Part shown: piece after piece, positions 9,956 through 19,640 of the stretch
Layout of the letters: each line of letters begins with the position of its first letter
How positions within the stretch are numbered: the first letter of the stretch is position 1
Origin: an uncultured virus (IMG/VR IMGVR_UViG_3300020047_004730)
Taxonomy: Duplodnaviria > Heunggongvirae > Uroviricota > Caudoviricetes > Crassvirales
IMG/VR virus record: IMGVR_UViG_3300020047_004730
Length of the DNA stretch: 64,000 bases
Strand: one strand, 5' to 3'
Notes under the pieces: model-generated
Told to the model about the DNA's origin: nothing
The model's database searches: none
What the model saw: the letters and a program-made list of their open reading frames with translations, nothing else
Position numbers and translations under genes: made by a program

Positions 9956-12900
9956 TTAATTTATAAATACTGATGTTGATGGTCTAACATCTGTTGGAAG
10001 TAATGCCCAGTTAGTTGCATTTGTTAGTACTCCTTTGTATGAATATATTCTTCTACCTAATGATGAATCTATATCTGTTGCATTAACAAATCCTACATTA
10101 ATTGTTGCTCCTTGATCTACTGTAAAAATAGCCTGAGAGGATGTAATACTTGATGACAAAGTTATTGGAAAAGAAAGAGTTCCTTGAGATGTAAAACCAG
10201 CTCTAACTCTGTAAGTTTTTGTAGCAACTAATACTGGATTTCTTGCAACAGTACCTGATGAATTTAAATTAAGGTAGTAAACATCAAATGTTCCATCTGT
10301 ACCACTAAAATTTATTTGTGAATTGTCTATTGTTAAAGCATTTGAAACAACAAGTTGATTGTTTAATATAAGCGATGTAACATTTGTAGGAGTTGTTACA
10401 TTATACCAAACAATACTTCCATCATTCATTGTTGTTCCTGATTGTCTAATATTTAATGTTGATCCAGTTGTTATTACAGTTCCAGCTGTATAAGTAAATA
10501 TTCCTCCTCCAAGATTAGCACTTATGAATGTTAAAGTACCAGCTGTATTTATTGTGAAAGTATTTGAAAAATAACTTGTTGATAGTGATGTCCAAGTACC
10601 TGTTCCAGCATAAATAAAGGTTGTTGTTCCACCATAACTTCCACCACTTGATTGTAAAATGTTACCGTTAACTGTAATACTAAATCCACTCAAAATAGCA
10701 CCCGAAACAGGAGAAATTGTTAAGTCTTGACATACCCAAGCAAAGGGCAAAGTTACTGTACCACCACCACCTAATTCTAAATGTGTGAAGTTTATTGTAT
10801 TTCCTCCTAATATAAAGTTTGTAGTTGGCTGACCATTAATAGTTCCAAAAGTAATTGCGTTAATATTACTTGTTAATGTAGTTGTACTATTAACAAGTAA
10901 TTTATTCCAAGTTTTACCTGAAACATTTAAGGTTGTATTACCTGAAGTTCCTACTGCTACAGTAGCTCCTGTGTCTACAATAGTTCCAGCTGTATATGTA
11001 AATGTTCCAAGTGATTTATAAACTATTCCCGTAATAGTAAGTGTGCCAGCTGTGTTAATTGTTAAATTATTAGCAATATATGAATTAATTGCGCCATTGG
11101 TAGACCAAGTACCTGTGCCTCCATAAATAATATTTGTAGTACCTGAAAGATTATTATTTATAGTAAGATTTTCAGTTATTGTTAATGTATTTGCATTTAT
11201 ATTTGAATTTGAACCTGTTATTGTTAAAGTTTTAAATGTTTGATTTGCTGGCATTGTAAAAGTACCAGATGTACCCATTGTAAGATTAGCATTTGTACTT
11301 ACTAAACTATTTCCTCCTAATGCAAAACTTGTTACGCCATTACCTAAAATTAATGTTCCTGTTAATGTAAGATTACTCCCTAATGTTATTACTGATCCTG
11401 AGGTTATATTTATATTATTCCAAGTTATTCCGTTAGTATTTAAAGTTGTTGCAGTTGCAATTAACAAAGTGTTTCCTGTAGTTATAACAGTTCCTGCAGT
11501 TCTAGTTAGGGTACCTGTATTATAATAAATGTTTGTACTAAGTGTTATCGTTCCAGCAGTATTAATTGTAAGATTATTTCTTAACGAACTTGTACTTACA
11601 GAACTCCAAGTACCTGTACCATTTAATACAATTGTACTAGTACCACTAGCAATATTTCCTGCTAAATCTACAGTTAGATTTCCTCCTACAAAAATAGAAC
11701 TACTATTTAGCGTTACTGCACTATTACTACTTATTAATGATAAATTATTTGCTACTGTTAAATTACTAGTACTTGTAATTGTAGTTGCTCCACTTGTACC
11801 AAAAGATGTAACATTATTCCATATTATTCCATTGGTATTAAGAGTTGTTGTTGTAACGTTTGCTCCACTTCCAATAAATAAAGTACTTCCTGTAGTGACT
11901 ACAGTTCCTGCTGTGTATGTTAATATTCCTTGATAATAATAAATACTACCTGGAATAGTTATTGTACCAGCTGTATTTATAGTTAGATTATTGAGAACAG
12001 GTCCTAATGAAGTAGAAGACCAAGTACCTGTGCCAGTTAATATTAGATTAGTTGTTCCATTTAATCCTTGATTTATATTATTATTACCATTAACTGTAAG
12101 ATTTCCAGTTATTGATAGTTGATTCCCATTCATTTGCCCAGAAAATCCAGAAGTTAAATTTATACACGTTAAATTTGAAGGAACAGTAAATATAGCACTA
12201 GTTCCAAGTGAAATATTCGCATTTGTTGTTATTAAAGTATTGCCTCCTAACGTAAAACTTAATGATGCATTTGTTGTTATAATTAATGTTCCTGTTAATG
12301 TAAGATTACTCCCTAATGTTATTACAACACCACTTGCAGTTATATTTATATTATTCCAAGTTATTCCGTTAGTATTTAAAGTCGTAGATGCTCCAATATT
12401 TAATGTTGATCCGGTTGTTACAACTGTTCCTGCAGTTCTAGTTAATGTTCCTGTGTTATAATAAACATTGGTTCCTAACGTTAAAGTTCCTGCGGTATTA
12501 ATAGTAACATTATTTCTAATAACACCAGTTGAACTATGAGACCATGTTCCAGTTCCGTTAAATCTAAAAGTTGTTGTTCCCGTGTAAATCGCTGTTGTTG
12601 CATGAGTTAAATTTGAATTTATCAATAAGGTGTTACCATTTATTACAGCACCAGTCGTGCTATTTAATGATACATTCCCACTTATCGTCCAGTTATCTGC
12701 TAGTGTAAAAGTTTGTGACGTTCCAGCAAAAGTAAATAATCTTGACCAAGTAACACCTCCTGATGTTAATGTTGCCGTTGCTCCTGCCACTATGCCATTA
12801 GACCCTGCTTGAGTATATAGTCCCGATCCTAAATTTATAGGACCATTTATATTAAGCGGATTATTAAACGTAATTGTATTAATATAACTAGTAAAATTTA

Positions 12901-13054
12901 TACCAACACAAGTTGAGGCAACGTTAACTACAAGTGGACCTGATGTAGCAGTAAATGCTACTGTATCTAATGTAGTACTTGGAACTACTCCTCCAACCCA
13001 TGTTCCAGTAGAATTCCAGTTACCACCAGCATTTGATACAGTTCTTACAGCCAT
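9956..13054 (-). CDS. Tail fibre/spike-like beta-solenoid repeat protein
   Basis: T/N/G-rich; five roughly 160-aa repeats starting GTGTW...NNLTINTAGT. Confidence 0.75.
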   Translation of the reverse strand: MAVRTVSNAGGNWNSTGTWVGGVVPSTTLDTVAFTATSGPLVVNVASTCVGINFTSYINTITFNNPLNINGPINLGSGLYTQAGSNGIVAGATATLTSGGVTWSRLFTFAGTSQTFTLADNWTISGNVSLNSTTGAVINGNTLLINSNLTHATTAIYTGTTTFRFNGTGTWSHSSTGVIRNNVTINTAGTLTLGTNVYYNTGTLTRTAGTVVTTGSTLNIGASTTLNTNGITWNNINITASGVVITLGSNLTLTGTLIITTNASLSFTLGGNTLITTNANISLGTSAIFTVPSNLTCINLTSGFSGQMNGNQLSITGNLTVNGNNNINQGLNGTTNLILTGTGTWSSTSLGPVLNNLTINTAGTITIPGSIYYYQGILTYTAGTVVTTGSTLFIGSGANVTTTTLNTNGIIWNNVTSFGTSGATTITSTSNLTVANNLSLISSNSAVTLNSSSIFVGGNLTVDLAGNIASGTSTIVLNGTGTWSSVSTSSLRNNLTINTAGTITLSTNIYYNTGTLTRTAGTVITTGNTLLIATATTLNTNGITWNNINITSGSVITLGSNLTLTGTLILGNGVTSFALGGNSLVSTNANLTMGTSGTFTMPANQTFKTLTITGSNSNINANTLTITENLTINNNLSGTTNIIYGGTGTWSTNGAINSYIANNLTINTAGTLTITGIVYKSLGTFTYTAGTIVDTGATVAVGTSGNTTLNVSGKTWNKLLVNSTTTLTSNINAITFGTINGQPTTNFILGGNTINFTHLELGGGGTVTLPFAWVCQDLTISPVSGAILSGFSITVNGNILQSSGGSYGGTTTFIYAGTGTWTSLSTSYFSNTFTINTAGTLTFISANLGGGIFTYTAGTVITTGSTLNIRQSGTTMNDGSIVWYNVTTPTNVTSLILNNQLVVSNALTIDNSQINFSGTDGTFDVYYLNLNSSGTVARNPVLVATKTYRVRAGFTSQGTLSFPITLSSSITSSQAIFTVDQGATINVGFVNATDIDSSLGRRIYSYKGVLTNATNWALLPTDVRPSTSVFIN

Positions 13055-13056
13055 TA

Positions 13057-13314
13057 TTAATTATTTAATAGTTCACGTTCTTTAGTTATACCCATATTGT
13101 TAATTCCTAGCTCAATATCTTCTTCAGATTGAGGATTAAAATGGTTAACTTCAACTATTAATACGGTATCACCGATAGTGTACTCAACTTCAGTATTCAC
13201 TAGTTTATATTCAACAATGCTTTCAGTTCCATCAATAGGATCTCCATTCTCATTATATTCATAATAAGTTTGTTGATTACTTGTTTCTTTTCTATTTAAA
13301 ATTTTCCATTTCAT
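13057..13314 (-). CDS. Small tail-fibre-associated protein
   Basis: Between two fibre genes, coupled. Confidence 0.55.
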   Translation of the reverse strand: MKWKILNRKETSNQQTYYEYNENGDPIDGTESIVEYKLVNTEVEYTIGDTVLIVEVNHFNPQSEEDIELGINNMGITKERELLNN

Positions 13315-13316
13315 TA

Positions 13317-14609
13317 TTAAGAAGTTTTAGTTATGAATACAGTCAACCAAGCCTCAGACAGCGTAGATGCTGAGTCAAGATTAATTGCTACTATATCTCC
13401 AGCCGTTACAGCTGTTGTCCAAGTGCTAAGACTTAAGTCAGAATTTATCTGTTGTGAACTAAGCGTTGGCTTTTCAGTTCCAGTTATCGTATTTGCCACT
13501 GTAGGAATAATTCCAGAAGCAGTCTTCCATACATCAAACACACAGCTACCTGACACATCACCAATGACCTGCCATCCTGTTATTGTTCCACTATACGGTA
13601 TAGTAATATAACCAATTATTCCAGTTGTTGATGAATCAGCCACGGCTCCAAAAGAACCCTTATTAATTAAAGTCCCACCCGTTGGAGTAGTGTTCTTCCA
13701 TAAAGAAGTCGCACTCTCGTATGTTAATGTCTGACCATCAGTAGGTGATGAAATAGCTACGTTATGAATCTCTTGGAGTTCATAACCGTTCTGAACACGA
13801 ACGTACAACCTTCCTGCAGATCCATTACTAGCCGTAGTTACAAATCCAAGGTATACCAAGTGATTAGGAGCTGAAGGCTTAACGTTAGTTATTGTTCCAG
13901 CCGTAGCGCCTAGGTACACTGGATCTCCATCTGCCCATGTTGATGTCGGTAATATACTCAGTCCATCCAATAATCCACTTACTACTATAAAACCTTTTTG
14001 ATTGGCAGCTATAGATGTAGACAATACTAACCCTACAGTTTGAGCTGACGTCGAGTCACTAGTATTATATGCAAGCTTTACCCTAAGTCTGTCTCCAGTT
14101 CCACCAAACGCATACACTGGCTGACCCTTTGTTATTGTTACACTGTCTGCGTTCGTTACGTATGCAAGTAATAAATTTGGAGACGTGCCTATAGCCTGAA
14201 ATGTATCTAACGATGAATTATATATACACAACATCTCTGCTCCATCAAGGATGTCTCCACCAATTAGTGGTCCGTCATTGTTTCTGTATAACGTCTTTGC
14301 ACCTAATGAGTTTATATTTAGCGTACACCCTGTAGTGTTCCCATTAGTAAACCTAATAAGGAATGCATCTCCATCACTTAACGATGCTATGCCTGAAATT
14401 GTAACCGCATAAGTGTCTGTGCCAGTAGCTGTACCATGAGGTATACTACCAGCTCCACCACCTCCAGCAGTAGCCCAAGTTCCGTCTCCCCTTAAGAAGT
14501 TAGTTCCATCTGGAGTTCCGCTACCAAGTGACTCAGGATCAATGTAGCTGCCTTTCGGAAGTTTAATTATCTTTCCTAGTACCTGTATTAACGGGCGTAT
14601 TTTAATCAT
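13317..14609 (-). CDS. Tail fibre / virion appendage protein
   Basis: FLRGDGTW motif, TITKGQPVY...GLV module, fibre-type repeat DGQTLTYESATSLWKN. Confidence 0.7.
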   Translation of the reverse strand: MIKIRPLIQVLGKIIKLPKGSYIDPESLGSGTPDGTNFLRGDGTWATAGGGGAGSIPHGTATGTDTYAVTISGIASLSDGDAFLIRFTNGNTTGCTLNINSLGAKTLYRNNDGPLIGGDILDGAEMLCIYNSSLDTFQAIGTSPNLLLAYVTNADSVTITKGQPVYAFGGTGDRLRVKLAYNTSDSTSAQTVGLVLSTSIAANQKGFIVVSGLLDGLSILPTSTWADGDPVYLGATAGTITNVKPSAPNHLVYLGFVTTASNGSAGRLYVRVQNGYELQEIHNVAISSPTDGQTLTYESATSLWKNTTPTGGTLINKGSFGAVADSSTTGIIGYITIPYSGTITGWQVIGDVSGSCVFDVWKTASGIIPTVANTITGTEKPTLSSQQINSDLSLSTWTTAVTAGDIVAINLDSASTLSEAWLTVFITKTS

Positions 14610-14770
14610 TACTTACTCTTTTTTGGAGACTGTCCGTTCATTAATACCATCTTTAAAGCCATAGCCTCATTGATAGATTCCTCACGTTCCTCCATTTTTT
14701 CTCTCATCTTCTTAGCCTCGATCATCATCTGGATGCCAGTCATCGGCTGAATTCTTACCTTACTCTTCAT
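14609..14770 (-). CDS. Hypothetical protein (likely start MKSKVRIQ)
   Basis: TATCTTTG element at 14775-14782 favours the internal ATG at 14770 over the ORF-track start. Confidence 0.55.
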   Translation of the reverse strand: MKSKVRIQPMTGIQMMIEAKKMREKMEEREESINEAMALKMVLMNGQSPKKSK

Positions 14771-14804
14771 TTTACAAAGATACAAAAAATCAATCTCTCT
14801 TACT

Positions 14805-15161
14805 CTATCGAATCTTTGTGAAAATAAATTCAAAAATAACTCCATAAAGTGTTCTGATTGCAATAGTAATAATAAGAGCAAGCCACCAACCTGCAAGCTC
14901 AAAAGTCAAGACAAACATTACCCCGTCAAGACATCTATTTCGTAACCACTTCATTAGGTGCCAGCCGTCAGTTAGGAATACTAGAACAGTTGACGACAGT
15001 GGAAACCTTTCCTTTCGTGGGACCGTTGAGAAGTCCCACTTATTCATCCAACTCAATTGCGGATTCCAGAACTGATTCCTCTTCGTATACCTGAACTGAA
15101 GGAAGTCCATTACCGCCTCAAACACAGCAGACAGTAAAAAAAGTATTATTGACAGTATCAT
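14805..15161 (-). CDS. Membrane protein
   Basis: Hydrophobic; SWMNKW...FLTDGWHL motif. Confidence 0.7.
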   Translation of the reverse strand: MILSIILFLLSAVFEAVMDFLQFRYTKRNQFWNPQLSWMNKWDFSTVPRKERFPLSSTVLVFLTDGWHLMKWLRNRCLDGVMFVLTFELAGWWLALIITIAIRTLYGVIFEFIFTKIR

Positions 15162-15352
15162 TGTATGTGCCTATAGTTTCGATAGTACCAGATAACTCCC
15201 CCTATAAAACCTCCATATGATGCAATGAATGCACCAACAATTGGATATGGCTCATTTAAGTATCCATTAATAATCCAAAATGGAAAAAGGACACACATCG
15301 TAACACTAAATAGTATTTGCAAAATGTGTATAGTATGCCAAAAGTATTTCAT
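15158..15352 (-). CDS. Small membrane protein (2 TM)
   Basis: ORF track; overlaps both neighbours by 4 bp. Confidence 0.6.
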   Translation of the reverse strand: MKYFWHTIHILQILFSVTMCVLFPFWIINGYLNEPYPIVGAFIASYGGFIGGVIWYYRNYRHIQ

Positions 15353-15609
15353 ATTACAGCTGCTACGTTGTTCTCATTTACTATCGTGTACGTCTTACCA
15401 TTAAAGACCACCTCATGACCGTATACCTTGTCATAATAAATCTCGTCACCAAGCTTTATTCCCTCCACTAGATTACCCGGCTGCTCTACAACCTTCGCTC
15501 GCTGGTAACGGATCTCCTCCATGTCCGTCTCCGTAAGCTGAAGACCCGACTTCATTGTCAGGGTCTCGCTTACTTTCTCACACAGTATAAACTTATTATA
15601 GGCTCTCAT
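15349..15609 (-). CDS. groES: Co-chaperonin GroES
   Basis: KSGLQL mobile loop, IKLGDEIYYDK, GKTYTIVNENNV; coupled to groEL. Confidence 0.85.
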   Translation of the reverse strand: MRAYNKFILCEKVSETLTMKSGLQLTETDMEEIRYQRAKVVEQPGNLVEGIKLGDEIYYDKVYGHEVVFNGKTYTIVNENNVAAVI

Positions 15610-17182
15610 TCTCTCTCATATTTACAATTGCTACTTGGCTTGACATGATCGTAGTGGCTACCGATACTGCATTCTTCAGCGCGCTCTTAGTTACCATCGT
15701 CGGATCAATCACTCCCATCTTCTCCATCATCCCGTACTTCTCGTTCTTCACGTCAAACCCGTAACCGAAGTCACCGACCTCCATTATGTTTGAACGTATC
15801 TCACTTGGATGAAGCCCAGCATTTAGCATGATGCGATTGAATGGAGCCGCTAGTGCAGTATAAAAAATGCTCTCAGCAACTAACTTATTCTCATCCGTCT
15901 GTACTGGTCCTCTCTGAGTGTAATACATCAGAGCTGAACCTCCACCCGGAAGTATTCCATCCTGAATGGCTGCACTCACAGCTCGTACCGCATCGTCAAC
16001 ACGGTCGTACAGCTCCTTCGTCTCAATCTCTGACGGTGCGCCAACATGAACAATTCCAACTCCTCCCTCAATGTTTGCTATCCTTGACTCGGTGTCCTTC
16101 TTCTCGGCTAACGTCTTGTCGGACGCCATCTTGCTTTTAAGCTCCTCTAAGCGATTGTTTAGTGGCTCCTGATCTATTTCATCTGAACGGTAGATAACTG
16201 TCCTGTCTGCCGATATAATTACCTTCTTCGCTGTACCTAGTCCGTCCAACGTGATGTTGTGAAGTCCGTCCCCAGTCTCCTCCGAGTAGTACTTCGCCCC
16301 AAGAACAACCTCTAAGTCCTTCATCATCTCCTTCTGACGGTATCCAAAGTTTGGTGGGATCACGTTGACAGCCTTGATTACCCCCTTCATCTTGTTAGCC
16401 GCTAGTGTCGCACGCGCCTGATCAGACATGTTGCCAATTATTAGCAACGACCTGTTCTCACGGATGACTGGACCAAGGATAGACTCAAGGTGTCCACCCA
16501 GCTTCTCGATCGTCATGTCTGTAAGTAGAATCAAAGGATTGTCTAGCTCCGCTACCTCACGCTCTTGGTCCGTGATGAAGTACTCGTTCGCATATCCACG
16601 GTCGAACTTCATCCCGTCAATAATCTCCGTAGTAACGAACGGCTGCTTTCCAATCTCGGCAGTTACAATCTTAACCTTCCCAAACAAATCGGAGATCATC
16701 TTTCCTAGCTCCGGGTCGTTATTGGCTGAAATAGTTGCCACCTGATCTAACTTCTTCTTCGTTACCTTCTTGGACTTCTTGTCTAGAAACTTAATAGCAT
16801 CGTCCGTCAGCGTGTGGATGTGACGAACTACCTGAGTGACGTTATGCTTGTCCGTAAGGTGTGCATCCGCTGCATCTAGCATTCCTTGAAGTATCACAAG
16901 TGCAGTAGTGGTTCCGTCGCCAGCTGCCGTAGCCGTCTGTACTGATGCCTCCCTTGCTATCGTGATGCCCAACTGCTCGGTCGCATCAAACACATTCACC
17001 GCCTTGGCTACCGACACACCGTCCTTGGTGATCGTCTTGCCTCCTACGTGGTGCTCGGACTCCATAATTACTGGACGACCTCCCGGACCCATCGTAGAAG
17101 CAACCGCCTCCGTTAATATTCTGATTCCTTTCTTTAGTTTCTCCTGTCCAGAATCACCTAAGTGTACTTTTTTGACTATCAT
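15596..17182 (-). CDS. groEL: Chaperonin GroEL
   Basis: TMGPGGR, ITKDGVSVAK, AGDGTTTA, GILPGGG, GVIDP motifs. Confidence 0.96.
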   Translation of the reverse strand: MIVKKVHLGDSGQEKLKKGIRILTEAVASTMGPGGRPVIMESEHHVGGKTITKDGVSVAKAVNVFDATEQLGITIAREASVQTATAAGDGTTTALVILQGMLDAADAHLTDKHNVTQVVRHIHTLTDDAIKFLDKKSKKVTKKKLDQVATISANNDPELGKMISDLFGKVKIVTAEIGKQPFVTTEIIDGMKFDRGYANEYFITDQEREVAELDNPLILLTDMTIEKLGGHLESILGPVIRENRSLLIIGNMSDQARATLAANKMKGVIKAVNVIPPNFGYRQKEMMKDLEVVLGAKYYSEETGDGLHNITLDGLGTAKKVIISADRTVIYRSDEIDQEPLNNRLEELKSKMASDKTLAEKKDTESRIANIEGGVGIVHVGAPSEIETKELYDRVDDAVRAVSAAIQDGILPGGGSALMYYTQRGPVQTDENKLVAESIFYTALAAPFNRIMLNAGLHPSEIRSNIMEVGDFGYGFDVKNEKYGMMEKMGVIDPTMVTKSALKNAVSVATTIMSSQVAIVNMRENESL

Positions 17183-17198
17183 TTTATTAGATTTTTAG

Positions 17199-17306
17199 CA
17201 AATATAGTCAAAATATTATATAATCGTGCGTAATAATGCACTTTCTTACGTGAAAAGTACTTAATGAAGGTGAAAAATACTTAATTTGTGCGTCTTATTG
17301 CACTTT
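17199..17306 (-). promoter_or_regulatory. groEL promoter with upstream A-B-B-A repeat array
   Basis: TATATTTG (minus strand) at 17199-17206; GTGCGTnnTAnTGCACTTT at 17226 and 17288; GTGAAAAnTACTTAAT at 17250 and 17270. Confidence 0.55.
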
Positions 17307-17315
17307 TTGTATAAA

Positions 17316-17350
17316 GAAAAGCCCGGAGCATGTATAAATGTCCGGGCTTC
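17316..17350 (-). terminator. Intrinsic terminator
   Basis: AAGCCCGGA...TCCGGGCTT hairpin with upstream A-tract. Confidence 0.7.
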
Positions 17351-17374
17351 TGTATGTTGTTATGCTTTATTTTA

Positions 17375-17854
17375 TTATTTAATGAATGCAATCAATGAAA
17401 TCTGTTCAATCGCTTGCTGAATTGACCCAGATACATAGGATATAGTGACAGGATAAAGATCTCCATTAAAGTCCCAGTTTCCTGATGGTGGGTATTTGTA
17501 TAATGATGGATCATCATCTATTGATGCTATATCATTATCATCTTGATATAGTTTCCATATAGTCTGATCACCATTAATTCTAATAAAATATGTATAATTA
17601 TCTTCAGCAGCCCACTCTGGCTTTCCATTAACTTGTTCTTTTGTTTTTTTAAATAAAAGATTAAGCACTACTATATTTTGGTCATATTGTGTAAAAACAA
17701 AAAAGTCTTCTATTTCTCCGTACTTAGCATTTTCTGATATGTCCTCAATCGTGTATACCTCCTGAAAGGAGTTATTCTGTGATGACTTGTTCTCTGGTAT
17801 AGGTACGTTTGCTGATACCCCTATGAATTGTGTTCCTTCCTCTATTACTGCCAT
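17375..17854 (-). CDS. Hypothetical protein with own promoter and terminator
   Basis: ORF track; TATCTTTG at 17869-17876. Confidence 0.7.
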   Translation of the reverse strand: MAVIEEGTQFIGVSANVPIPENKSSQNNSFQEVYTIEDISENAKYGEIEDFFVFTQYDQNIVVLNLLFKKTKEQVNGKPEWAAEDNYTYFIRINGDQTIWKLYQDDNDIASIDDDPSLYKYPPSGNWDFNGDLYPVTISYVSGSIQQAIEQISLIAFIK

Positions 17855-17884
17855 GATTTATTTTTTAACAAAGATAACAAAAAT

Positions 17885-17908
17885 AAAAGAGACCGATCTC
17901 TCGGTCTC
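17885..17908 (-). terminator. Intrinsic terminator
   Basis: GAGACCGA-TCTC-TCGGTCTC hairpin with A-tract. Confidence 0.65.
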
Positions 17909-17913
17909 AATTC

Positions 17914-18246
17914 TTATAGTTTTTCTATTGATATTTGAGTAACTCTATTTATTACTACTCTTATTAGGTAGTTGTCATCCTCCCAGATCTTAACCACTCC
18001 GTCTATCCTTGTCGGAACCTCTGGGTCGAAGTCGAAGTACTCAACTACCTCTTGGTAGTACCCGTCCATGTCCTCATTTGCTCCTAGTATCCATTTGGTG
18101 TTTTTCTCCTCAGGATCTCTTGATGTGTACCAGATGTTTCTGTCTGTGTCCTTGCTAAAGTTCTTTAGAACTACTGGATTACTAAGTGTCTGAGATTGTG
18201 CAGCGAACGATAGTGTCATCGCTAATAATAAAATTGTTGTCTTCAT
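17914..18246 (-). CDS. Secreted protein (Sec signal peptide)
   Basis: MKTTILLLAMTLSFAAQSQ; Gln near the predicted cleavage site as in Bacteroidota. Confidence 0.7.
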   Translation of the reverse strand: MKTTILLLAMTLSFAAQSQTLSNPVVLKNFSKDTDRNIWYTSRDPEEKNTKWILGANEDMDGYYQEVVEYFDFDPEVPTRIDGVVKIWEDDNYLIRVVINRVTQISIEKL

Positions 18247-18360
18247 GATTGATTGTTTTAAATTATTACTGATTAATTACATTACGAACATATACATAAA
18301 AAAAAAACCGTCCACCAAAAATATGATGAACGGTCAAATAAAATGATAAACGGTAAATTA

Positions 18361-19059
18361 TTATTTCTTTCTACCACTAATAGATAGATACCTATTATTT
18401 CCAGACCCAACCTTCTCAGACCACTTTAAAGCCTTCTTGGTATCCTTTATGTCTTTCTTTACATCGTATCCAGTACTCTTCTTAACGTCTTTTCTTACTG
18501 ACTTAAGGTCTTTAACTTGGTCTTGAAGTTCTTTTGCTCTGTTCATTTTATTCATTCCAGCCTGAGATCCAGTTCCAGATGCGCTTGTAGCTCTGTTGTA
18601 TGCACCAGCCATCTTCTCTTCCTTCTTGAATACCTGCTTGCCAACAATATTCTTTATAGCCGTTCCAATATTTCCAGTTCTACCACCACCCTTAGTTAGC
18701 TTCTTAGTCTTAGAAGCTGGCTCGAACTTAGGCTTCTCAACAGCTTCCTTCTTTGGAGTGGAACTCTTCTGAATTGATTTATCTATAGGCTTAGATACTA
18801 ACTTCTTTGTTGGAAGCTTTGCTGTAATCTCTTCTCTCTTTGGTTTTTCTGGCACCTTCTTGTCATCTAAGCTGTATGCCATTTTACGGTCAGGTACTCC
18901 TTTTCTATAATTATCCAAGTCTCCTTGAGATATCGTGATATCCTTGTCTTTTGGTATGTTATACTCCTTTCTGAATCTTGCCTCTTCTTCAGGTGTCATA
19001 ACTCCAAAATCACTCTTTTTTTTAGGATTTATAGGATCTTTCTTTGTTTGTCTTGCCAT
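18361..19059 (-). CDS. Lys-rich basic protein
   Basis: ORF track; promoter element at 19088-19095. Confidence 0.7.
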   Translation of the reverse strand: MARQTKKDPINPKKKSDFGVMTPEEEARFRKEYNIPKDKDITISQGDLDNYRKGVPDRKMAYSLDDKKVPEKPKREEITAKLPTKKLVSKPIDKSIQKSSTPKKEAVEKPKFEPASKTKKLTKGGGRTGNIGTAIKNIVGKQVFKKEEKMAGAYNRATSASGTGSQAGMNKMNRAKELQDQVKDLKSVRKDVKKSTGYDVKKDIKDTKKALKWSEKVGSGNNRYLSISGRKK

Positions 19060-19101
19060 GATCTATTTTTTAATGTATATACAGGTGCAAAGATACTGAA
19101 A

Positions 19102-19257
19102 TTATCCCTTCATGTGACGCTTACGTACCTTCGGCTCGTACTCAAGACCTGTACTTCTCTCAATTTTCTTCTCTCTTCTCTTCTCCTTTCTCTTCTCCCT
19201 GTCATCTTTTGAAAATGTAGGAGCCAGTGGGTAATCTCTATTGGTGCTTTTTTGCAT
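19102..19257 (-). CDS. Small basic protein (51 aa)
   Basis: Read manually: MQKSTNRDYPLAPTFSKDDREKRKEKRREKK...; promoter element at 19281-19288. Confidence 0.55.
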   Translation of the reverse strand: MQKSTNRDYPLAPTFSKDDREKRKEKRREKKIERSTGLEYEPKVRKRHMKG

Positions 19258-19330
19258 GACCTAATGTTTTAATTATATCGCAAAGATAACGAATTATTGC
19301 ATATCGCGATTAGCGATCACCATATCGCAG

Positions 19331-19640
19331 ACTGACGATAAATGACGATTACTGACGTAAAAGTATCAATTACTGACGTAAAACTCGAAAAACTGACGAT
19401 ACGGATTTTCAAGATGCCCAGTTTTACTGAGTTTCTGACGATACTGACGAAGTGGTCCCCTATTATATTCTAATAATATATATACTACTTACTGTATTTT
19501 TTATTTAAAGAAATCTTAATAGGAGAGTAATCGTCAGTACCGTCAGGAATCCAGCAAAATCAAGGGTTACAGAAGGAGCGCTTCGTCAGTAATTCGTCAG
19601 TATCGTCAGTTTTACGTCATTTTTTAACATTTGACGTCAG
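19331..19640. repeat. Iteron array / putative replication origin 1
   Basis: 7 TGACG copies (19331-19449) face 7 CGTCA copies (19532-19640) across an AT-rich core. Confidence 0.7.

Noticed and set aside
17226..17306. CIRCE/HrcA operator upstream of groEL
   Set aside because: Does not match TTAGCACTC-N9-GAGTGCTAA; the GTGC/GCAC half-sites are in the opposite order
9956..17854. Diversity-generating retroelement acting on fibre genes
   Set aside because: No reverse transcriptase, and no repeat pair differing only at adenines was seen
19155..19200. Polypyrimidine microsatellite
   Set aside because: Explained by the minus-strand ORF 19102-19257 encoding REKRKEKRREKK
19331..19640. CRISPR or simple tandem repeat
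   Set aside because: Repeats are 5-7 bp and switch orientation around an AT core; iteron-like instead
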